Counted from the first letter of the whole stretch, positions 37,852 through 50,785 are shown. The stretch: 63,993 nucleotides of DNA, filler included, from Basidiobolus ranarum (GCA_040143965.1; 3 parts of 3 records of this genome joined end to end with filler, not necessarily neighbours in it); one strand, 5' to 3'. Notes: generated by a model from the sequence alone, not told the origin. Numbers and translations: made by a program.

Positions 37852-39646
37852 ATGACTGTAGCTAAGCGACATATTGATAGTCTAGAGACGTCAAGTACAA
37901 AACCTAAACGTCTCAAAGGTACCCAGAACACAAACAACAAGAACATGTCCGAGAGGAATACACTAATCTGGTTTCGTACTGATCTGAGAGTTAGAGATAA
38001 CACTGCCCTACATGAAGCCGCTGAATTTGCCAAAAGAGGAAACAGTGTACTTTTTGGTGCGTTTGTAATCTCGACAGAAGAGTGGAAAGCTCACGATCTA
38101 AGCTCCTTAAAAGTTGACTTTATGCTGCGTAATCTCGCTAGTCTAAAAGATGAACTTACGAAGTTGAATATACCTCTTGTAATTGAACGTATCGAGACTC
38201 CCAATGAAGTCCCACAAGGAATACTAGGAATATGCCAAGAGTATAACATTGACAAAGTGTTTTGCAACCGTGAATATGAAGTAGATGAACAAAAACGTGA
38301 CGAAAAAACTGATGTCTTGTTGAATCAAAACGGAATAGAGTTTCATCTCCGTCATGATCAATGTATAGTAGAGCCTGGATTAGTCGTTACTCAAGCTGAT
38401 AAACCATACACAGTTTTTACACCGTTCAAGAAGAATTGGCTAAAAAAAGTCGGGAGTGATAAGAAGTATCACCATCCATTGCCAATCCCCTCTTCATTTC
38501 CAAGCGCGAACGCATCTCAATACAAGAGATTGTTTGACGCTAAGCCGCCATTAGAATTGGAGGAATTCCCATTAGACTCTGAGATGCGGAAGGTTGGCAC
38601 TTCATTATATCCCGAAGGTGAAGCAGAAGCGCATAATCGACTCGAAAAGTTTTGTAAAAAAAAGATTCAGGATTACGATGTCGGTAGAGACTTTCCTATT
38701 GAAAATGGTACTAGTGTTCTATCACCATATCTAGCGGCTGGTGTGATTTCCGCACGTCAATGTCTTACCAAAGCTCTAAATGCAAATGAAAATAGATTAG
38801 TATCAGGTAATGAAGGGGTTCAGACGTGGATTTCTGAACTAGCATGGCGGGATTTCTATCGAAACGTATTGATTTCCTTCCCACGAGTATGCAAAAATCG
38901 AGCTTTCAAGCCAGAAACCGAGAACATTGAATGGGATGATGATGAGGGAAAATTCGAAGACTGGTGTAAAGGGCGAACTGGATATCCCATCGTAGATGCC
39001 GGTAATGACAATCTAGAAGCTGAATCTTATAGCAATCACTAATTGATAGTAACATGTAGGAATGCGCCAATTAAATTCCATAGGGTGGATGCACAATCGA
39101 CTTCGAATGATAGTGGCCATGTTCCTCACTAAAGACCTTCTGATTAATTGGCAAAAAGGTGAACGCTACTTCATGAACAACTTAGTTGATGGTGACTTTG
39201 CATCCAACAATGGGGGTTGGCAATGGGTATTTTGAACTTTGATTCCATCTGCAACACCACGTGCACAGTTCTAATGCTCCATGATATAGGCCGCATCCAC
39301 AGGCACTGATTCTCAGCCGTACTTTCGAATATTCAACCCCGCACTTCAATCTGAACGTTTCGACAAGAATGGGGATTTTATCAGAAAATGGATTCCAGAA
39401 CTAAAGCATATCAAGGGAAAAGCCATCCACGAACCTTTTAAACACTTATCTCCTTCAGAATTCAAGAAACTTGGGTAATCGTCGAAGAATTCCCTTTTAC
39501 GCATAGTCAACATCGTCAAAGAATTTCCTTTTTGGACATCCATTAACCTCTTGCGCATTTCTAGGTATGCAAAGCCAATCGTGGATCATTCTCAAGCTCG
39601 TCAGCGGACATTAGCTGCCTTCAAGGCTATTATGAAGAAGAAATAG
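37852..39646 (+). CDS. PHR1: Class I CPD DNA photolyase (4 exons)
   Basis: [80 protein letters not shown]. Confidence 0.93.
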
Positions 39647-40257
39647 GGTCAAATATTGAAATAAGGTTTTATATTAAATAAATGGAATGATAGAGATTTA
39701 GCAGTATATATCACGTATCACCTACAATCATATCTAAAAGCCCACTAATCTGATCACTGGGCCCTATTGCTATATATACACAGTATTTGCTTATTATTGA
39801 ATACTTTCTATTAATTACTATTTATATACTGTTTACTTTATTTACTGTTTACTTGTCTTCCATTAGATCTGAGTTTTAGGAAAGCGTTCTAGGCAGAACT
39901 TGCTGTATCGCTCCTCAATAATGCAACCTGTTGAAACCTGAGAATCACTGGCCATCTGTATGCCCCATATATAGTCATCATCGACGGAATCGATCGAACT
40001 GCTGTTTCCTATTTCGATTCAATGCCGATGATTCCAAAACCCTGTCCAAGCGATGTATATAAGCCAGCGCAGTTTAGATTATTTCTCTTCCCCTTCCCCT
40101 TCCCCCGCAGTTGTAAATTCACCACTCTTGAAGGTTCGTGCCTTCTGAACATGAATAAATCCTAGCTTTCTACCATAGGTTGTTGTTTGCATTATCGATT
40201 GACACTAACTCGTATCTTTTTAGGTAATCGACCACTTCCGAAATACATAGTTGAAAT

Positions 40258-41227
40258 ATGCGTAAAACGCACCTTGCGAATCTTTGCATCACGAAGTCGA
40301 CTAGGAATTTCACCATAGAAACACCGAATCCTTCTAAACCCACCAATTTGATAACATCAACCACTCTTGATCCATCTCGGTTCCTCAACACTAGTTACGA
40401 CAAGTACATCAGTGAAGAAGAGTGCCAGCAAGTTGTCCACCACGCTTTGAAGGTGATACACGGTCCGATTTTTCCATGTAAGAGAAGAAAGCGCGAGAAA
40501 TTGTTCCACCAAGGTAACTTTATAGCCTCAAGTGATTGGGCTTATCATCCACTTAACATCTCTAGGTGTTAGTCATAGCAATCCTCCCCCCAAATCACTA
40601 CTTAAATGGTGCTGTACAGTGATAGCAAAGGATATTCAGGAATATATTCATGAAAACCAAGCCTCTATAACCGCGCTGCCACTCCATCTTAAAGAAATCC
40701 TTATAAAGCAGGTGAGCAAAGCGTATCAAATGAATGATGTGTGTCTTGGGTTATTTTTTGATACCGGGTATCAAACTGTGAATTTTCAAAACGCTCACCT
40801 AAGTTACGACATCTTGAATAAGTTTCTCTCATTCTCCACCGGCTCTAGCCACATAATCTCCGACAAGTGCCTTAATAACGTTACCCATTTGAATATCGCT
40901 TACAGTAACATTGAAGCGACGTGGTTTCTCGCTCTACTTCCTCAATATCTAACTGATCTAACCTATCTGAACATCTCTGGTTGCTTTGATGGACGATATG
41001 GTCGAAAGGTGGTACACACGATGACGAGCCATTTGAAGAAACTTGAATTCCTGAATATCTCTGGTGTGGTATGGCTTACCAATTCGGTGATATTAGAATG
41101 TGTCGATTGGTCCCATGAACTACTCAACTTAAAAATCCTTACTATAGAGCGTTGTCCACGAATGGATGCCATCTATGTTCATGATCAAATACGAAAAATC
41201 CGGCCAGAGGTTCATGTACAAATTTGA
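40258..41227 (+). CDS. Leucine-rich-repeat (RNI-like) protein with putative BC-box; start uncertain, intron ~40514-40565
   Basis: LRR units VTHLNIAYS, LTYLNISGC, LEFLNISGV, LKILTIERCP, preceded by PKSLLKWCCTVI and LPLHLKEIL. Confidence 0.7.
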
Positions 41228-41489
41228 TTGATTTAGTTTTATTCAGCTCATTCAGTTCTACTCATTCTGAGCCAACTTCATTAATCTCGATTTAGTAAAT
41301 GCACTGCTGGAACGTGTAGGCATTTCACATCACCCAAGCACTTTCATCATGTATCACCACTTTTGTTTCTTAGATACACCTCCCATATTATTTCCTGTAT
41401 TAGTTCCCAATTGTATATTAAATTCATTTACGCATTGTTATCTGACACAATGGTGTTTATATTCTGCTTCATTCCATGTTGTTATCTCA

Positions 41490-42046
41490 TATTAGCTAGA
41501 AATACCATCTTTCATAATAGAAGCAAATATATACATATTAGACATTATCTTAATAGAAAAACTATAATGAATAAGTTTAATGACCGAGCTTATTGCTCTA
41601 CAAAAAGCATGATTGTTGATGTATTGACCAAACTATTTGCTAGCCAAAAATTGGAGAAATTTAGATCTTCCTCAGGATTGGTTTATATGACTATTTAGTT
41701 TAGGGAGGGTATTGAGATTCCTATTGCCTAGGTACCTATAGAGTCATATATAGCTTAATATTTAGCTATTCCATATTTCACTAAGATATCACTTACCATT
41801 GTCAATTGGAATATAATCTGAATATTCTTACTAAGTTCTGGGATAAATAGATTTTTCAAACTTGTGCCAGAAACCCCAAACTTTGCACATGTGTTCCCAC
41901 AACCTTTTGTGATACGTTCTATAAGCTTGTTCTTATCTTGACAACACTATAAATAATACTTTCTCTTCCATAAATCAAAAAGTGAAAAAGATCAACCTTA
42001 TACTTCTTCAAGCCACTTCCAACAAGCTCCCAAAAATACTTTAGCA
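41490..42046 (+). mobile_element. Degenerate Ty1/copia 3' end: RNase H remnant, PPT and 3' LTR (family A, 41710-42046)
   Basis: ARNTIFHNRSKYIHIRHY...YCSTKSMIVDVLTK...KFRSSSGL matches the copia RNase H consensus. PPT AGGGAGGG at 41702-41709. LTR TATTG...TTTAGCA is homologous to 2430-2759. Confidence 0.88.
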
Positions 42047-43054
42047 ACACTATCCTCATTCCTAATTCTTCCTCCTTCTGGAAACATAACTTCCACCATT
42101 AGTATTCATATCAACTGTTCACATATTTTAAGTATTTATGATGTTTATCATTACTAACAAAAATATTCTGGCTATAATATGAGTCAAAAAGCAAAACAAA
42201 TTCTCCTTTGTTCACTTTAACAAATGCTCCATTTAGATCAAGAAAGCATATTTCTGAAATTTCACTGATTTTTCCCCATATACTCACTATGGCAGAATTA
42301 CTACTCCTACCATTTAACTCTAAATATATGTATTTGACAACTGAAGATAGTCCTTGTTTCAACTTACCTTAATTTCTTAATCAGCTTAGGAAAACATCCA
42401 TCAAGTGGTCAGCCTGGACACGCCTTTGCATACACAAATAAATGTCTTGTGTCAATATCTTACACCATATTTGAGTGCACAATGTGACATACAAAGCTAT
42501 AAAAGCTTTATCTGTCTAAGGAATTATCTTTCATATATTGACCTAACTGGTCCAAAGTACAAATGAATGTTGAATTTTACAAATAAAGCTATAGCAAGTC
42601 ATAAACTTCAGTGATATTCAAGATCAACTTTCCTCACATTGTATAGCTCCCATGATGGTCCATGAGCACAGAAAATTGCACTATCTTCTCCTTCATTGTG
42701 CTCTTAATCATTGCTCTTCTATTGATTTGAATCCATTATCCCAATGAGGAATGTGAGCTGAAATAGAGGAAAATTGGCAAACATTTCACTTGATTCTCAT
42801 TTGCCACTAGAATTGCTTTACAATTGAGAGAAAGCTGATTTCCAAATATCAAAGATTATTTTGCACTCACCCAATCAATCACCCCACCAGATCACTATAT
42901 ATGATTGATTAAAAAATAATTGTAAAACCTCCTCATATATTTCACTACTATCATTGCAGGATGCAATAAAATATTTTGATTTTATTCCCTACACTCTTAC
43001 ATGATTGAGCTGCTCTTCTAAAGAACAGTGAGCTACTCTATTAAGGGTAATATT

Positions 43055-43452
43055 TTTGAAATTAGCATTGCCTAAACACCAATATAGTCATATATATTGG
43101 GAAAATATGGGCTGTTTGTAGGAACTTTAGAAAAGTGGAGTTGTGAGTAGCTTTGTGAGATAATTATTTATTGTCCAGAAATAAAGCATTTATACATTTT
43201 GATGGAAATACAGAAAACTAACACTGGGGTTGTGTTCAGAACATCTGTGAGAGTAAAATGAGCTATTGTTGGGGCAATTTGGATGAGTTTGAAATTTCCA
43301 ATATGGAATTGCTAATTCTGATTTTCATCATGAACTTCCAGAAATTGTAATTTTCTCTATCAAGTTTTTCAACACCTGATTCCAATTTTCAGCTAAGTGA
43401 TATTTGACTAAGTAATGTTAACTAACTTATATGTGATATATGAAATAGTTAG
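43055..43452. mobile_element. Nested LTRs: start of family A LTR (+) interrupted at 43095 by family B LTR (-), cut by contig end
   Basis: TGAAATTAGCATTGCCTAAACACCAATATAGTCATATA matches the start of the 2430 LTR; 43095-43452 is reverse-complement homologous to the 60-256 LTR. Confidence 0.8.
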
Positions 43453-43552
43453 NNNNNNNNNNNNNNNNNNNNNNNNNNNNNNNNNNNNNNNNNNNNTTAA
43501 TTAATTAANNNNNNNNNNNNNNNNNNNNNNNNNNNNNNNNNNNNNNNNNNNN
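43453..43552. other. Artificial contig linker (44 N + TTAATTAATTAA + 44 N)
   Basis: Identical to 21696-21795. Confidence 0.97.
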
Positions 43553-43869
43553 GATTGGACAAAATTGAATGGTCAATTGCGGATATCGCCAAGATTCGTT
43601 ATTTCCCAAATTGCCACAACATTGTGATTAAGATCTGCACCAAAAAAGATCTCGAAACGCGCTACGATTTGTGCTTCACCGCATCTATTGGTAGATGGAT
43701 TGGATAAATGAATGAGGGTAAAGCTTGTAAATCCACCTTTAATGGTTATCCAAAAATGTTTGGATTTGGTACTGAGTTGTGATGTGGTGCGATACTACGA
43801 GAATATTGCTTGAGTAGAATTATATGGCACTTTTATTTCATGATCTATACTCAAGGGTTGTAATCTTAT

Positions 43870-44412
43870 CTACATAAATAAAGCTACTACGACACCAATA
43901 ATACATACACATACTTTGTTAGTCTCTAACTGTGAAGAACCAGCTGTTAACTTGGATGTTGCCGTTGGCGATGACGATGGTGGTTGCGTTTTCATGGATG
44001 TTGTGGCCCCAGATGCTGTGGATAGTGAGGAAGCCGATGTTGCCGTGAGTGTGGAAGCAGCAGATGTCGTAGAGGTAATATTTGCTATTGGCATACCATC
44101 ACTAGCACAGTTTTGCACATGTTTCTGCTTATCTGCATCCGTGGGTACCACGGTTGTAGTTAGCCCACTGAATTGCTGTGAACAAACACCACAATTGGCG
44201 AAGTTCTCTAAAAAGGCTGAACTACATATACATTTTGCTCCTGCTCCTTGTGGGTTCGTTGCAATGGAAACCGCACAACCTTGTGGAAGATTCTTCAGGC
44301 AAGCTTGGCATTCTTTGGTATTTGGCATGGTAGAGTTGGTTCTTTGTCCCAGAACTTGACTAACGATAGTCAACACGAATATACAGATCATGGAGATCTT
44401 TTGCGCAATCAT
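43870..44412 (-). CDS. Small secreted 8-Cys, Ser/Thr-rich, probably GPI-anchored cell-surface protein
   Basis: 180 aa: signal peptide, 8-Cys domain, S/T stalk, AGS-type omega region and hydrophobic C-terminus VCVCIIGVVVALFM. Confidence 0.85.
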   Translation of the reverse strand: MIAQKISMICIFVLTIVSQVLGQRTNSTMPNTKECQACLKNLPQGCAVSIATNPQGAGAKCICSSAFLENFANCGVCSQQFSGLTTTVVPTDADKQKHVQNCASDGMPIANITSTTSAASTLTATSASSLSTASGATTSMKTQPPSSSPTATSKLTAGSSQLETNKVCVCIIGVVVALFM

Positions 44413-44630
44413 TCTAAAGCGGTTTGGTTGATCAATAGGCTATGTCAGAGAAGATTTTGTAAATTACTACTCAATGCTATCTATTTATACAGCGGAGTGA
44501 GATCTGTCACATTTATATAGTTATTTCTGGTTTCAGGTCCTGGGTTACTCCTTATTTATTTATGAAAATATTGCTTAATTGCTCCTAATCGAAAATATCA
44601 TTTCGCTACGGGAACTGGGCAGCGACCCGC

Positions 44631-44701
44631 AGTAGAATATTAACTTGTCTTAAAAGCAGTTCAGTTCAAGTAGAATATTAACTTGTCTCAAAAGCAGTTC
44701 A
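44631..44701. repeat. Tandem duplication, 38-bp period
   Basis: AGTAGAATATTAACTTGTCT(T/C)AAAAGCAGTTCA at 44631-44663 and 44669-44701. Confidence 0.9.
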
Positions 44702-44860
44702 TACGCAGAAAAGGTTTATTCTGAATTACTACTCTAACAGAAATATGTTACATCATAGAACGAGGGGAAATAAGAGAATGGATCTACACAATCATTATAT
44801 CTATATATAATACTAGGACTGGAAAAGGGGTATTAACGTTGAGGAGAGGGGGTGTTGACT

Positions 44861-47800
44861 CTAAGGCTCACATTCCGTGCTTAAAATGCGAACGGAAACA
44901 TTATCCAAGCAGTGGAGATTCAAACACTTAGAATAAACTACAGGTTCGTACTGGAATTGGTATCTTTGGGCGAGAGTTTGAAAGGCCAATACTCTTTTGA
45001 TAATCTTGGCACAAGTACGGAATTTATGGAAATTCACTAATTTGATCTTTTCTCCATTTTCTACTGTACTTTGTTGAAGATGGCTACTACCAGGTGATTC
45101 AGGTTCCACTGTAGATGGGAGCTCAGAATTATAAACTAAATCCGAAAGGAACAGACCTAAGAATGGAATGCAACCCCCTATAGCTGTACTAGGAGGTGTT
45201 TCTGATGGGAAGACCGACTCCTCACCACCACCATCACCACCCCAATCTTCGCTTATGACATGCATAGCCTCACGAATATGCTTCCAGTTCTTGAAAGGCT
45301 GAGTGAACCTTTCAAGATCTGCAAGAAGCCTAAGCTCGTAAAGTCCCACACGAGACCATGTCTTATGTAGACGATCTACCACAGGGTTCTGTAAGCCTAA
45401 GGTAAGCTGAGTAACCGTGGCAAAGTTACGATGTTGGTAGCATTTCTAAGAAAAGACTGTTAATGCAAATTATAATAAGGTTACTATGACGTCAAGCATA
45501 CCAGAGCGATGCGGATAAACTTTTCTATGACTTTTGCTCGCATTGAAATATCTCTGGTGGCAACAATCTCCGATACAACCCATTGGCAGGTCTGTAGAGT
45601 AAAGGTAAATAATCATTTCAATTTGACAACGCCATGATTTCAAAAAGTACCTGGTTAAATCTTTCAATTAAATTCTGAATTCCAAGGATCGATTTTTTTT
45701 GCCCAGCATTCTTGCTCCATTTGATTAGCTCTTCCCAAACAACCCCATTGAGAATATCTCGTTCAATAAGTGTGAAATTTTGTGCCAAGATTTCTGATCT
45801 GTATTTCAGGATGAAGGGTCTCGGTTGTCTCTTGGTCAATACACGAGGAACTGTGCGAGCGACAAAGTTTTTTGGAGGTACCACCGAGGAACTGAAAGTT
45901 TTTGAATTCTCAGTGGGTGTGCTGCGAATAGGGTCTAAAACCGTGGCAAGGTCAGGCTGGTCATTCCCTGCTTTTATCGCGTCATCAAGATCGGTAGCTC
46001 TAAAAGTAGGCATAGACGTCTGATCTATGGAACTTTCACCTTGAAAGAATTGTTGGAAACCTAGTGCGTTCTCAGAGATATCTTTCACGTTGGATGCAAG
46101 CTGTGGAGATATTTTCCCTGGGTTCGGATTTTTTTTGTACTCACGACAGTAATCACATCCAGTGCACTCCACGTCCTCAGAATCCGTATCCTCATCCTTT
46201 TTATGCTTCAAATTTTCATGAACAGCACGTCGTACGCGTGCGAACTTTCCAATTGTATTGGTAACAAAGGCTCGAGTAACATCAGCTGATGAAGGGTTAG
46301 CTTTTGGATAGGTATGAAGTTTTCCCCAAGAAGGAGACTTGTTCTTAGACATGTATGAAGACATAGATCTCCGAACTGTTAACTTGGTCGCCTTTGGTTC
46401 TGAGAATCCAAAGCTCGTTTTTGGTGGAAGGGAGACCCGTTTCTTAGTTCGATATTCTCTAGGAATTACAAGTGGAAGTTGAGCAATGCTAGCAGGAGGT
46501 GCTGATTGACATTTCTGCCGAGGTAGATTCACACTTGAAGGCTCAGGATGAGAAGGTTTCTTTTCAGTAGTGGCTATAGGGTCAAAATTATGAATAATAA
46601 CTGATGAGTTGTCATTATCACTGTCGCTATCGTTATCTTCCTGGTTGGAAGGACTGGGACTTTTTGATATTACTTTCTGATCAAATTGTAAAGGTTCAAA
46701 AGCAGGGATTGTAGGTAGATACTCGAACAAGGACTCAGCAGATACTCTTGATGGCACTGTTGAGACCGATAGTGAGGAATATGGCGTAGAGTTGGCCGAT
46801 GAGTTTGGAGACATCTCTGGCGTAGTGGCCGGGCTTACTGAAGTATGTTTTTTATGACGTCTCAAGGAAGAAAAAAATCCAAATTTGAACTTCTTACTAG
46901 CTTTGGTTTGGAGATGTGGAAACACCTCTTCTTTAGATTGATGATCTTTCTGTGGTGTTGAGGGGACTACCAAATCGCCATAGACTGAAGAAAAAGCCGC
47001 CTCTTCACTAAGTTGATTGCTGGGTGCTTCTGCATTGGGCTTGGTTGAACCTTTATTATCTTTCTCTGGGTTTCCTTTTAACACTGAGCGCACCCTTCTT
47101 AAGCTAGCTGAGGAGAATTGCTTCATTAGCATCTTTTTCGATTTTTCAACACCAATATCCTTTTGCTTTTGTTGAGAAAGTAAAACAGATCGAAGAAGAG
47201 AAGTGCCATCATCTTTGGATTGAGTCTCTTTGAATAATGGCTCTGATTCAGTTTTTCGTAACTTTGAGCCCTCTGTTTGGCACAGATCTTCAGAACTTTT
47301 CTCAAAGGAGAAAGATGCCATTTGACCTATTAACTCCTCTTCTTCCGGAATCTTGATCCCCCAAAACTCTTCACGAGCCTCTTCAATACCATCAGCAATA
47401 AAAGTTGTATTCCCATCATCAGATGGTGGAACACCATAACGATAATATACAGTTAGACTTCGCATGATCCGAAGAAGTCCAAAAACCACTCTTTGATCTC
47501 TAGGTGAGCGTAATACCGGAATAGAACCAGTCAAGCTTAACAAATAATTCGCTAGAGTCTCCCTTAATTCTCTAGAGGTAAGAAAATCCAACGAAAAATA
47601 ATTAATAACCCAGTGTCGGAGCACCACAAACAGTCTTATCCTCACGATCCATCTTTCTTGGGTATCCTCAAGAAGGGCCCATTGGTATCTCAAGATCAAT
47701 AGGCGACATAACTTCAAGGGTGAGGCAAAGGAACGATAAGTCAAGAAAAAGTCAGTCAATAGGCCGTAGTCAATGTCTACAGTCAGATTCTCAATCAATT

Positions 47801-49239
47801 TCTCTAGAGTGGCGAACATAATAGTCTTTCGCGACTCCGAGACAGTCAGCAACCTAGTTGCGTTGTTGCCAACGCTAAACCGACGTTGTACGGTCTTTTT
47901 GGTAGCCACATTAGCCAGTGATTTATCTTCAGACCACACTATCAACGCAGGGCTGTCATCAGATTTAACTGAATCGAATATGGTTGGATCAAGATTATCT
48001 TCCCCAAACGACAATCGACATACTGGTCTCGCAGTGGGTAGAATCACTTGTGAGGTGCTTGTTCCGTTGACTCTTTGAGGAATCCGGTCAAATTGAGTGA
48101 ATGAGATGGATATCTTGCGTTCCGATTGCTCATCATCATCAATCTCATGCGAACTACTTGGTATAAAGATTCTCTCTTTCAACGAGCTAGAAAAAAGAAG
48201 TATTAGAATATGCTTTTATAATATACAAATAACTATCTCTTCTCATACTTTTTCGACGGCTTTCTCCATGGGTTCACTACTCTCAGTTTGGTCTTTGCTT
48301 CTTGGTCTTCTTCTGATGGAGTACTGATGAACTCCCATTTACTTTGCTTGATCTCCTCACCTCTCCATCCAAACAGATTTGCTAGACGTTCATACTCCTT
48401 GGTATGAGGCATTACCATAGAGTTGTGACGACGTCGAACCGGTCTAGAACTCTCATGATTAAACGAACTCGTAACTGGAGAGTTTTGTGCGAAGCGTGAA
48501 TATTTAGCCGAAAGTGGGCTAGGATGTCCCGGATTAGGTTTGACAGCGGTCTTGAGTTTGGATTTGGGACCTCTGGATATGTGGGATTATATTAGAGAGA
48601 TAATTTTCAGGATAAAATATAACTAGACACCTAATATATGGATTACTATCAACCAAGATATCACTGGACATACCTTACTACAAAATGATGTTTGGTAGGA
48701 GTTCCAGGAGGGGTTGGTGCACCTTTCTTCCAACGTTTAGAAAAAGAGCTGGACTTTGGAGCATCAGAAAAACTTCTGATGGAACCACTTAGGTTAAGTG
48801 GAATAGGACGAGGACGATTGCGTAGCACACTGTTTCTCTTTGAATTTGAACTAAAAGAAGAAGAAGGGGATATTTGGGCATGTATTGGTGGGCATTCCAA
48901 CTCCGAATCAGAAGAGTATATATTGTACCCATGAAAAGAGGTAGGAGGGTTTTTTGTCTTTTGGTTGGATTGAATAATATTGACTGAAGAGGAGCCCTCT
49001 TCCGTTTGCTTTGAAGAACTAGCTACAGTCGTTTCGTGAGCTCGATAACTAGATGAGTGTGAAAGGGTAGATTTTTGGGAGGTGGAAGTTGAAGACTTGA
49101 CATTATCTGGCATGGAAGTAACGCTTGCGCTCGTAGAGGGAGTTGAGTTTAGTTCCTTTGGCAAGTCATACAGTAATTCCTGTTTGAGCTCTTTGTTGAA
49201 TATTGGGCAGCTATATCGATTATTGTATTGATCATTCAT
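44861..49239 (-). CDS. LTE1: Ras guanine nucleotide exchange factor, Lte1-like (REM + CDC25 domains), multi-exon
   Basis: REM domain ATLEKLIENLT..IDYGLLTDFFLTYRSF and VRIRLFVVLRHWVINYF..DF; long S/P-rich linker; CDC25 domain FILKYRSEILAQNFTLIE, CIPFLGLFLSDL, LVNFHKFR. Confidence 0.75.
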
Positions 49240-50220
49240 CGTGATGTTGGGCTCTTATTTGTATAACTAACATGCCAATGTGCTCACTAAGACATACTTA
49301 ACCTACTTTCGGAAAGGGAAGTAAGGGGCAACAGAAGTTATGCGAAGTGAATAAGGAAATATTCAGCAATGAATGATGAGGTCGGAGTCTACAGCCGCTA
49401 CAGAGCAATCTTAAATTCTTTGGGAATTTAATACCCAAAGCCAAGAATGGATATTACGAGCAGCACACGAAGAAAGAAGTCCAGGTTGGGTGTGAAGCAA
49501 AGCAATTGAGAAGAGCGGAAGAGGTGGATATAGGTTGAAATAGGTTGTAATAAATTGGAGATAAAATCACAATCCTACATTTCCAATGCATATGCGCATA
49601 TTAAAACAGTCATTAAATAGCATTAAACATGTGTTGCATTCATCACGACTAGCTTTGAACTACAGCTCGATATGGCTTCAATTGCTAAGTTGCATATATG
49701 ATTAAACGTGTTCGAACTGGAAATACTTAGGGCTAGGGTTGACATAGGGTTGAGTGTGAGCAGTCATTCGAATATATTTGGCCCTAATGAGATCTTGCTA
49801 TCTTTCAAGAAGCCAATCACATTCGGAGGTCGATAATTGCGTTTCACCGAATATATTATTCACAATATATATAGAAACAGAAATCCACAGTGGCTCATGT
49901 TGTAACAATGATAACCCTGGATCCACGTTGTTCGTTTCTTTAGCTCACATGGAGTACAATGATAAAGCAGCAACAACCTGATCGTTTGAAGGGCAATCCA
50001 TTAGGGAGCATCGTTTTATTTAAGTGCCATTTGATATGCCATTGATACATTAATGTGGGTGTGGGTGTGGGTCCTGTACTATTGACAGATTTTTGCTTAT
50101 TGAGTGCAAATAAATGCAATGTCCAAATTGTGTCATAGCTTTAACTTGTAAACTATTTAGAAAATCGTGAATTTAATCTCTAAGCCAATGAGAACATAGT
50201 GCGATCATATTCTGGAGACG

Positions 50221-50785
50221 TCACTTTCTAGCAATATTATCTTTCATTTTCCGTTTCCCTTTACTTGGAGTGGTTTTGGCTGTAGTTATTGGCTCCTCAT
50301 CTGACTCTAAAGAGATTGTACACATGTCGGCATTGGTGGAGTTTGTTCGAGTTCGGTGCTCAAATGTTAGAACCTGGGGAAGTGGTGTGGGTGGAGATGA
50401 TGGTTTCGAGCCATGAGCGTCAAACATTCCCTCAACCTCCCAATCGTGCTCCTTACTAGATTCGAACAAATGAACCTGTTGATTCCAATCAAATGTTATA
50501 CATATGTAACCATAGATTCCCCTGTAAATGTACACGTACCACTACCAAAGCAATAGCGGGAACTATTATGTAAATCACCATTAGAGGTATAAACTCCTGT
50601 AGAGGTATTCTTTTGCGAAAATAGCCGAACAGTAACATCCCCACGGTAACCGCTATGTATATACAATACAGTAGTATCTTCTTGATGATAGAAATCGGCC
50701 TTGGTGCTAGATGACCAAAGGTTCTCGAAAGTCGATACAGGCTTTGTCGTTTGGAGTGTCCTTTCCCTTGAGTCTTGGTGTCCAT
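50221..50785 (-). CDS. Hypothetical small two-TM membrane protein (2 exons)
   Basis: Two hydrophobic segments in exon 1; a GTACGT...CAG intron joins IALVV in frame to VHLFESSKEHDWEVEG, merging the two overlapping ORFs of the track. Confidence 0.65.

Noticed and set aside
44631..44701. 33-bp direct repeat resembling a CRISPR repeat
   Set aside because: Two copies separated by 5 bp, no spacers or cas genes, eukaryotic context; a simple tandem duplication.
49727..50072. Telomere-like words (three TAGGG near 49727-49752; TGTGGG x3 near 50053-50072)
   Set aside because: Too short and irregular to call interstitial telomere or a regulatory site.
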